Source of the DNA: an uncultured Planctomycetaceae bacterium
Lineage (GTDB): Bacteria; Planctomycetota; Planctomycetia; Pirellulales; Lacipirellulaceae
NCBI GenBank assembly: GCA_964618225.1
Contig: CAZTWS010000003.1
Coordinates: 57,101-121,100, forward strand
Direction of reading: 5' to 3'
DNA: 64,000 bases
Shown here: positions 57,600 to 64,000 of the stretch, piece after piece
Layout: each line of letters begins with the position of its first letter
Numbering within the stretch: the first letter of the stretch is position 1
The notes under the pieces: model-generated
The model's input: the letters and a program-made list of their open reading frames with translations, nothing else
Told to the model about the DNA's origin: nothing
Databases searched by the model: none
Position numbers and translations under genes: made by a program

Positions 57600-58637
57600 T
57601 TATGCCCAACCGTGCGCATCGCGAACGGCGATCATGGTGGCCAGAATATCGTTCCACGTTTGCGGCTTCATCAGAGTTTCGTTCGGAAACATGCAGCCGT
57701 CCCAGCAAATGTGTTCGAACCGCTTGGCTGGCTTGTCGTTCTCGCGCAACCAGTAACCGGCATATTTCACCACGTCCAACTTGCCATCCGGCGCGTTCGG
57801 CAAACAGTGCCGCCCCGTTTTATCGTGCGACCCGGAGCCGAATACTTCGCCATTGTTTTGAGCCACATGGAAGTCGATCGTCCACGGGCGCAACATGTCG
57901 GTCAGCCGTTTGTAAGCCGCGCCAAACGCCTCGGCATCTTCCCAGCGAAAGTCGGCGCTCACGAGTCGATCATCAGGAGCGTTGTGACCCAGCATGAACA
58001 GCAACGTGTGGGCCATGTCGGCTTGGAAACCGAGCGTTTTGGGGCGGTTCACCGTTTCCAGGAGTTCCACCATCCGCTGGGCACTGTGCATGCCGCCCCA
58101 GCAGATTTCACCTTCCGCGGCCAAACGCTCGCCGTATTCGTCGGCCACGTCGCACGCGCGGCGGAATGTGTCGGCAATTCGTTGCGTGTTCTTTCGAGGC
58201 TCGGCCGACCAGTCCGTTGGCGAGCAGGCCGAGTCGATGCGAACAACACCATACGGCCGAATGCCCAACTGCTTCAATGCGCGGGCAATGTGGCATCCCT
58301 TCCGCACCTGGGTTACAAACTGCTCGCGGGCCGATTCATCGCCCATCGCCGAACCGCCGCCGGTTGGCGGCCAAACGGGCGCGACCACCGAGCCAACGAC
58401 CAACCCGCGCGATCGAACCTTTTCCGCAAGTTCTTCGAGTTGCTGGTCAGTCGAATCGATGCTCACATGCGGATCGAACAGAAACAGATCCACGCCGTCG
58501 AACTTCTGGCCGTTCACTTCCGCCGCGGCGGTCAGATCGAGCATCGTATCCAAACCGATCGGTGGTTCACTTCCCTCGCCTTTGCCAACCACGCCGGGCC
58601 AGGCTGCGTTATGCAACTTCGGAGCACTATGCGACAT
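57600..58637 (-). CDS. Xylose-isomerase-like TIM-barrel protein (sugar phosphate isomerase/epimerase family)
   Basis: 345 aa with an alternating beta/alpha pattern. The position between two sugar-metabolism genes supports the call. The assignment is at family level only. Confidence 0.7.
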   Translation of the reverse strand: MSHSAPKLHNAAWPGVVGKGEGSEPPIGLDTMLDLTAAAEVNGQKFDGVDLFLFDPHVSIDSTDQQLEELAEKVRSRGLVVGSVVAPVWPPTGGGSAMGDESAREQFVTQVRKGCHIARALKQLGIRPYGVVRIDSACSPTDWSAEPRKNTQRIADTFRRACDVADEYGERLAAEGEICWGGMHSAQRMVELLETVNRPKTLGFQADMAHTLLFMLGHNAPDDRLVSADFRWEDAEAFGAAYKRLTDMLRPWTIDFHVAQNNGEVFGSGSHDKTGRHCLPNAPDGKLDVVKYAGYWLRENDKPAKRFEHICWDGCMFPNETLMKPQTWNDILATMIAVRDAHGWA

Positions 58638-58688
58638 GAATACCCTTCCAATTTGTTAATCACATCCACCGCAAGTAACCGCCCGACC

Positions 58689-59951
58689 TTACTTGTTGGC
58701 ATCGCCGATCTTCGGTAAGTTGCCATGCACATCGGGGCCAAAATACCGCAAGCCTACGAGCGGTTCGCTGCCCGTGTTTTCGATTTTCACGCCGGCGCGG
58801 GCCGCCTCGTGGCTAATGAACACTTCGTCCTCGGTTCGTGCCCCGAAACGAATCATGACGGGCGTTTGAATGTTGAGCGAGCCCATGCGGCCACGGCCTT
58901 GCACCGTAATCCAGCCGCTCGCGCCCGGGTCTTTCAGTGTGCAGCTTGCGCCCGGCTCGATCGTCAGTTCCTTGGAGCTAAAGAGCTGTTCGCCATCGAC
59001 CGTGCCGTACACGATCCAGCGATCGGTGTAGCCATCACCGCTACGTTCCTTGTCGATGATTGGCTCAAGGTAGTTGTGCTCCTTGAAATGCGTATCGACG
59101 TTCTTTTCCCAATCGAGTTGGCCGACGATGAAATCGAGGTCGCGGTGCTTATCCTGCGGCATGTCCTTCACAAGCAACGACCAAGGCACTTCGCGTCCCT
59201 CGACGAGCGACTGATACATACCGAATACGTCGGAACCCCATTGGGGCTCGTACGTGCAGAGCGAGCCCGGCGCGTGCAACACGCCGGGAGGAATCAACCA
59301 GCCGGTGCCCCGCTTCAACCGGTAAGCCCGCGACAAGTCGAGAATGCCGTTGTCGCCCTTGCTCCAATCTTCGAGACACTTGCGAACCTGTTCTTTGGTC
59401 GTGCCCGGCTCCAAACCCATGAACGTGTAGGCGAAATTATTGTCCACGTTGTTGAGTTGCGGCGGGAAGTAGTAGCTCTCGGGCTTTCCTTCTTGACCGA
59501 CGAGCTTGGCATCTTCAAAGCGCTGGTGCATATGATGCGGAATCGGGCCCATGTTGTCGAAGAACTTCGAGTACACGGGCCAGCGATCGTATTTCTTGAA
59601 CATCGATTCGCCGATGAGCTTCGTACCGGCTTCGGCAACCGCGTCTTTGAGCAGGAACTCTTCGTCCTCGAACTCACAGAAGCTGAGCCCTTCGTGCCAC
59701 ACGCGGCCTTCGTTCGCCGCTTCGGTGGTGCTGGCAAACCAGCGTTCATCGATACCACCACGATGCGCGCCGTAGGCATAGTAATCGCTCGGATGGAGCT
59801 TGATGCGTTTGCCTGGGTGCAGAAACGAACGCGGCACCCAGGTTGGAGTCAGCCGCAACAAACCGCCGTTCGCATCGAGTGCTCGATCGAGCACCGCGGC
59901 CACGTTATCGCGTTTCGACACTTTTTCGGTCTTCTTTTCCACCGTTGCCAT
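58689..59951 (-). CDS. Conserved hypothetical protein, cupin-type sugar-isomerase-like
   Basis: A 420-aa intact ORF. GPIPHHMHQRFEDA and LIPPGVLHAPGSL resemble the two cupin metal-binding motifs. The function is not established. Confidence 0.5.
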   Translation of the reverse strand: MATVEKKTEKVSKRDNVAAVLDRALDANGGLLRLTPTWVPRSFLHPGKRIKLHPSDYYAYGAHRGGIDERWFASTTEAANEGRVWHEGLSFCEFEDEEFLLKDAVAEAGTKLIGESMFKKYDRWPVYSKFFDNMGPIPHHMHQRFEDAKLVGQEGKPESYYFPPQLNNVDNNFAYTFMGLEPGTTKEQVRKCLEDWSKGDNGILDLSRAYRLKRGTGWLIPPGVLHAPGSLCTYEPQWGSDVFGMYQSLVEGREVPWSLLVKDMPQDKHRDLDFIVGQLDWEKNVDTHFKEHNYLEPIIDKERSGDGYTDRWIVYGTVDGEQLFSSKELTIEPGASCTLKDPGASGWITVQGRGRMGSLNIQTPVMIRFGARTEDEVFISHEAARAGVKIENTGSEPLVGLRYFGPDVHGNLPKIGDANK

Positions 59952-60035
59952 GAAACTTACCTTCGCTTGAAATCTGATCTGCTAACGCGAAAACCATTAA
60001 AAACGGGGACGCCGCCGACTTGTTCTACCGTAAAG

Positions 60036-62006
60036 CTAGGGCGACGTCAGCGCCTTGGCCCGGTCGGCCAGTTCCTGCGGCGGCGAGGCTTTCAGAGCCT
60101 TTTCGGCGGCTGCTTTTGCAGCGGCCGGTTCCTTGTCTTTGATCTTTTCGCCGATAAAAATGGCTGCCTGCACAGCTCGAGGCCGCAACTGCTCGTCGTC
60201 GACCAGCGACGTGGCCAACTCGATCGATTCTGCCGAGGGGCAGCGCTCGAGCACGTCGATTGCAAGCTCACGTTCCTCCTGCCGCTGAGCAACTTTCAAC
60301 GCCTCTCGCGCCATGGCGATTCGTTCCGAATCGGGCAGTTGCTTCAACTGTCGAGCAATACGAAGGTAACCACGCAGAGCGCGAACTTGGTACTTCTTGC
60401 TGTTCGGGTCTTGAGAAATTTCGAGGAGCACCGGCCCCGCATCGGCCGTCATCCATTCGCCCAGCACGCGCGTGCCGACGTCTTTGAGATTATCGTCGCC
60501 GTTCTTGACGGCTTCGGAAATCGTTTCGAGCGCGGTCGGTCCGCCCATGGCACCGAGTGTTGCAAGCAGGCTTGCTTTGGCTTCGGGCGAGGCGTTCGAT
60601 ATTGCCTCGGCGAGCTTGGCGGCGGTTGCTTCGCGATTGGGCATGCGAATGGCCGCTTCGTGCAACGCATGCGCGGGTTCCAACGTTTCACCGCTGTTGG
60701 CTTCGACGAGCGATTCAATCAACACGTTCAAATCCTCCGGCCCCACCGTGGCACCAAGCGCTGCATACGCGGCCTTGCGAATCGAGGCATCGGAGTTGCC
60801 CAGTGCTTTGACCAATTCGGGCGTTGCTTCGATGCGTCGTTGGCCGACCAGTTCAATAAGCGTGGCCAACGATTTGCCTTTCGCATGGGACAACCGCGTA
60901 GCCAACTCGCGATCGACTTCCTTGCCGGCAAGACCAGCCAACGATTTTTTGGCAGTTTCGGAAAGTTCCGCATCCGACTCGCCAGCAATTTCGAGCAGCG
61001 CCGGTACGACCGACGCGTTCCCCAATCGGCCAACCAGTCTGATCGCGGCCAACCGCACTGCTTTATCACCGGTGCTTGCTGCTTTAATGATCGACGGTGT
61101 GAGAGCCACATCCGGCCGGTCGCCGATGGCATACACGATCAGCGACGCTCGCTCGGGCTCGGCGCTGGCAAGTTGCTCAGACAATGCACCCACGACGCCT
61201 TTGCCCGCCAACTCGCGGGCCGTGCTCAGGCCCATTCGGAACAAAGCCTCATCGTTGGAATTCAACAATTCGACGAGCAGCGGGGTGCCCTGTTCTCCGC
61301 GGGCAATGATCGCTCCGCGCGTGGCATCGAGCTTTCGCTGCTTGGGCACATTTGCCTCGCGAACGATTTCGTAAAGTTTGGCCGCCTCGCCGTTGTTGCC
61401 ATCCGCAAGCAGTTTCTCGGCACACAGCACGCATCCTTCGGCCACCGCCGATCGTACTTTCGCATCGCTTGTGGCAATCGCATCGCGAAGTACCTTGGTG
61501 GCTTGCTCGCCGCCAATTTTTCCCAGGGCAACGGCTGCCGACGCGGCGACCTCCAGGTCTTTATCGCCGAGGCGCTGCACGAGTGGCTCGACGCCCTCGG
61601 CCGATTGCCTGGCACCGATCGAATTAATCACGCCCACGAGCAACTTGCCTTGCAGATTCTTCGAAGCATCGACAAGCGCCTTATCGGCAACGGGGTCTGG
61701 AATCGCTTCGAGAGCAATGCGTGCCCAGCTTGCTAATTTTTCGTCGCTCAGCAGCTTCGCCAATTCGGGCACCGCCGCCGCGGAGCCGTAAATCGACAGT
61801 TGTTTGCAAGCCATCGCTTTACCTTGTGGCGGCGCTGAGCGCAGTTGCTCGATGAGTTCGGTTTCGGTTTGCGCCGCCGGAAAGGGCGATGCCAATTCCG
61901 ACGCCTGCCAATCCATTTTTTGTGCGAAAGACGCGTTGAAAAAAGCAAGCAATGCGACTATTGCCAAAGTTGATACGCCGCGAAACGACAGGCTAAATTT
62001 AGTCAT
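60036..62006 (-). CDS. Secreted HEAT-repeat (PBS-lyase-like) protein
   Basis: Signal peptide is MTKFSLSFRGVSTLAIVALLAFFNASFA. It is followed by about 15 repeats of the A..AL..IG...A...L...L.D pattern. Confidence 0.75.
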   Translation of the reverse strand: MTKFSLSFRGVSTLAIVALLAFFNASFAQKMDWQASELASPFPAAQTETELIEQLRSAPPQGKAMACKQLSIYGSAAAVPELAKLLSDEKLASWARIALEAIPDPVADKALVDASKNLQGKLLVGVINSIGARQSAEGVEPLVQRLGDKDLEVAASAAVALGKIGGEQATKVLRDAIATSDAKVRSAVAEGCVLCAEKLLADGNNGEAAKLYEIVREANVPKQRKLDATRGAIIARGEQGTPLLVELLNSNDEALFRMGLSTARELAGKGVVGALSEQLASAEPERASLIVYAIGDRPDVALTPSIIKAASTGDKAVRLAAIRLVGRLGNASVVPALLEIAGESDAELSETAKKSLAGLAGKEVDRELATRLSHAKGKSLATLIELVGQRRIEATPELVKALGNSDASIRKAAYAALGATVGPEDLNVLIESLVEANSGETLEPAHALHEAAIRMPNREATAAKLAEAISNASPEAKASLLATLGAMGGPTALETISEAVKNGDDNLKDVGTRVLGEWMTADAGPVLLEISQDPNSKKYQVRALRGYLRIARQLKQLPDSERIAMAREALKVAQRQEERELAIDVLERCPSAESIELATSLVDDEQLRPRAVQAAIFIGEKIKDKEPAAAKAAAEKALKASPPQELADRAKALTSP

Positions 62007-62076
62007 GATATGTATATCCAACCGAGAGAGAACTTATTCGCAAGAGTTAAGAGAGGTATCCTGGAAGCCGGGGGCA

Positions 62077-63372
62077 CTAGATACGCCACGGTTCGCGTAA
62101 CGCTTCTGACCGCAGGCGGTTGGCCTGGGCGTCGTTCACGAACTCGTGCTTCTTCAGGTCGTAAGTGACCTTGCGATTGAGGGCGAGCGCGATATTGGCC
62201 GAGTGGCAGGCGATATGCGCGAAGCATGCTGCGTCGGCGTTGCCCTTGGGCTGGCTGCGTGTTTTCACGCAATCGAGGAAGTCGCGTACGTGGAATGTGG
62301 CCGGGTATCCGCCAATTTCCGCCACTTCGCGACCGGCGATAAGCTCTGGCGAGCTGAGCACGAGCTTACCGCTGTCGCCCGCTTCGACCCAACCGGTTTC
62401 GCCTTCGAACCGCACGGGGCAGGAGCCCAGCGGAATCCACCCCGTTTCGCGGAGGATGAGCTTCACGCCGTTTTCGTAGCGGGCGACCATTTCGCCGTTT
62501 TCTGGCGGGTTGTATTCCACCGGCGCGGTGCCATCGGCATCCGCGGCCCACTGACACAGATCGACACAGTGGGAACCCCATTCGAGCACGCCACCGCCGA
62601 CGAGGCCGCCGCCTTTTTCGAAGTTGAAGCCATCGAGGAGTTTGCCGTTGAACGGCCGCCAGGCGGCGGGGCCGAGGTACATATTCCAATCAACGACTTC
62701 TTTATTAGGCTCTGGTTCGGCAGGAAGCCAACCGCTCATCAGCGCCTGCATACCGGCCGGATGGGCGTACACGGTGTGTAACTTTCCGAGTTTGCCCGTG
62801 CGAGCCAGTTCACATGCGAAAGCGAAGTGCGGCAGATTGCGGCGTTGCGTACCCGCCTGGAAAATGCGGCCCGTGCGACGCATCGTGTTCGCCAGTTCGA
62901 GGCTTTGGGCGATGTTCTTGGTACACGGCTTTTCGCAGTACATATCTTTGCCGGCGCGGGCCGCGTACATGGCGGCCGTTGCGTGCCAGTTCGGACCGGT
63001 GGCAATGAGCACGGCGTCGATGTCATCGCGATCGAGCAGGTCGCGGAAGTCGCGATAGGTGGCGCAATCCTGGTTTCCTTGTTTGTCGTCGGCTATTTTT
63101 TTGACCGCGTCGCGACGATTGGCTTTGATGTCGCACACGGCAAGGAATTGCACGTCGTCTTGTTCGAGAAAGCAGCTTAGGTCGTAGGTGCCCCGGCTAC
63201 CGATGCCGATGCCGCCGAGCGTGATTCGTTCGCTGGGCGCGACGTGGCCATCGCGGCCTAACGCGGAACTTGGAATGGGCATGGCTCCGAAAGCCGTTGC
63301 GGCCAATCCCGCGCCGACAGAGCTCCGCAAAAAACCACGACGCGACAATGGACCCAACCGTCTGCTGCTCAT
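62077..63372 (-). CDS. Gfo/Idh/MocA family oxidoreductase with a twin-arginine (Tat) signal
   Basis: MSSRRLGPLSRRGFLRSSVGAGLAATAFGA is a Tat-type signal. ITLGGIGIGSRG is a Rossmann motif, and EKP is present. ATG 63372 follows GGAGA; the track start at 63468 is less likely. Confidence 0.85.
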   Translation of the reverse strand: MSSRRLGPLSRRGFLRSSVGAGLAATAFGAMPIPSSALGRDGHVAPSERITLGGIGIGSRGTYDLSCFLEQDDVQFLAVCDIKANRRDAVKKIADDKQGNQDCATYRDFRDLLDRDDIDAVLIATGPNWHATAAMYAARAGKDMYCEKPCTKNIAQSLELANTMRRTGRIFQAGTQRRNLPHFAFACELARTGKLGKLHTVYAHPAGMQALMSGWLPAEPEPNKEVVDWNMYLGPAAWRPFNGKLLDGFNFEKGGGLVGGGVLEWGSHCVDLCQWAADADGTAPVEYNPPENGEMVARYENGVKLILRETGWIPLGSCPVRFEGETGWVEAGDSGKLVLSSPELIAGREVAEIGGYPATFHVRDFLDCVKTRSQPKGNADAACFAHIACHSANIALALNRKVTYDLKKHEFVNDAQANRLRSEALREPWRI

Positions 63373-63768
63373 ACCAACTATCTCCGCGGTTAGAAGGAAT
63401 GCAGGTTTCCGCCCTACCTGCTTTGACGCCAGCCACAAAGTGCGGCTAGGATTCACCACCTGACTCACTGATTCATGTATGCCGGCCTCGGCGAGACCCT
63501 CGAAGGGGAGAGTGCGCTGCGCAAAAGCGGGAGCACAACCCTAAAGCCCTTATATCTTAGGGGTTTAGCCACCGCAAGTATCTGGCAGGGAGTGCGACCA
63601 GCAGCACTGATGTGCGTGGGGTTATTGAGATTATGAGGAACCCGCTCGCAAAGTGCTGTGACCGCGGATTTTTTGAGGGTGACTGCGTGGTTGAAGTGTC
63701 TCGCGAACCGGGCGGTTCTCCGTTCCGACGGGGCCGAGGACGCCCCGGCTCGCTGAAAAATAAATAGT

Positions 63769-63852
63769 AGAATATAACCACAGGGACACGGAGGGCACGG
63801 AGAAGACCCTAGAAGAGTTTTTTGAACCACCAAGACTCAAAAGACACGAAGG
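63769..63852 (-). repeat. Intergenic repeat family, copy C (inverted, shorter)
   Basis: The reverse complement reads CCTTCGTGTCTTTTGAGTCTTGGTGGTTCAAAAAACTCTTCTAGGGTCTTCTCCGTGCCCTCCGTGTCCCTGTGGTTATATTC. This is collinear with the ends of copy A. Confidence 0.55.
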
Positions 63853-63896
63853 TTTATGAACGAACCTCTACGGCATGGAATGATATTTCTTTCTAA

Positions 63897-63995
63897 GGAA
63901 CTCTAACAAAACCGTCTGAGAGAGGGAGACAGTCCCATTTTGCTGCGAAGACTCCGCAAAATCGGGACAGTCCCCGCCGGTTTTGTTCGAGTTCC
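63897..63995 (-). mobile_element. Second copy of the MITE-like element (99 bp), inverted relative to 30323-30422 and flanked by a TAA direct duplication
   Basis: The ends are GGAACTCTAACAAAACCGT and CCGGTTTTGTTCGAGTTCC. TAA is present at both 63894-96 and 63996-98. The internal GGGACTGTC boxes are shared with copy 1. Confidence 0.75.
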
Positions 63996-64000
63996 TAAAT

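Noticed and set aside
58725-61736. A 1003-aa plus-strand ORF spanning two minus-strand genes, and similar long antisense ORFs (44948-46672, 46941-48335, 37466-38569, 42548-43279, 52737-53585, 55052-56251, 57612-58718)
   Set aside because: Their composition is Arg/Gly/Ala-rich and low-complexity, with no motifs. Each lies antisense to an ORF with clear family signatures. Long stop-free antisense frames are expected in GC-rich coding DNA.

Overview
GC-rich chromosomal segment. The gene content looks planctomycete (Pirellulales-like): DUF1559 H-X9-DG pseudopilins, many PEP-CTERM proteins with dockerin-like motifs, and Gfo/Idh/MocA plus TIM-barrel clusters.

1. **CRISPR array (844-13233).** One very large array of 172 repeats of 36 nt and 171 spacers. 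35 repeat positions never vary. The 36th, spacer-proximal base changes in four clean blocks.
2. **cas operon (13450-20533, minus strand).** A type I-G (formerly I-U) operon: HD-only Cas3 fragment, small Csb3-like protein, Csb1/Cas7u, Csb2/Cas5u-Cas6u, Cas2 and a Cas4-Cas1 fusion. No Cas3 helicase domain is encoded here. The operon abuts the 3' end of a tRNA-Ser(GGA)-like gene at 20748-20829.
3. **Surface-protein neighbourhood (21.7-37.3 kb).** It holds six PEP-CTERM proteins, two DUF1559 + small-lipoprotein modules, and a divergent pair of GH25 muramidase paralogs.
4. **Peptidoglycan locus (31.3-53.7 kb).** These genes can be read as one peptidoglycan scavenging/catabolism supercluster: GH25 x2, DigH/YddW-like, AmpG-like, NagZ-like, DUF1611 + dipeptide epimerase, beta-lactamase/PG-binding/S11 carboxypeptidase fusion, M19 dipeptidase, M14 MpaA-like, SpmA/SpmB-like, LdcA and an alanine symporter.
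5. **Sugar-metabolism cluster (54.4-63.5 kb).** An oxidoreductase / TIM-barrel / DUF1080 / cupin / HEAT cluster.
6. **Small elements.** Two copies of a 100-bp MITE with 19-bp inverted ends and TTA/TAA target duplications, a three-copy intergenic repeat family, a conserved ~90-bp promoter module, and several palindromes.

All protein calls rest on motif recognition by eye from the supplied translations. No database search was run.
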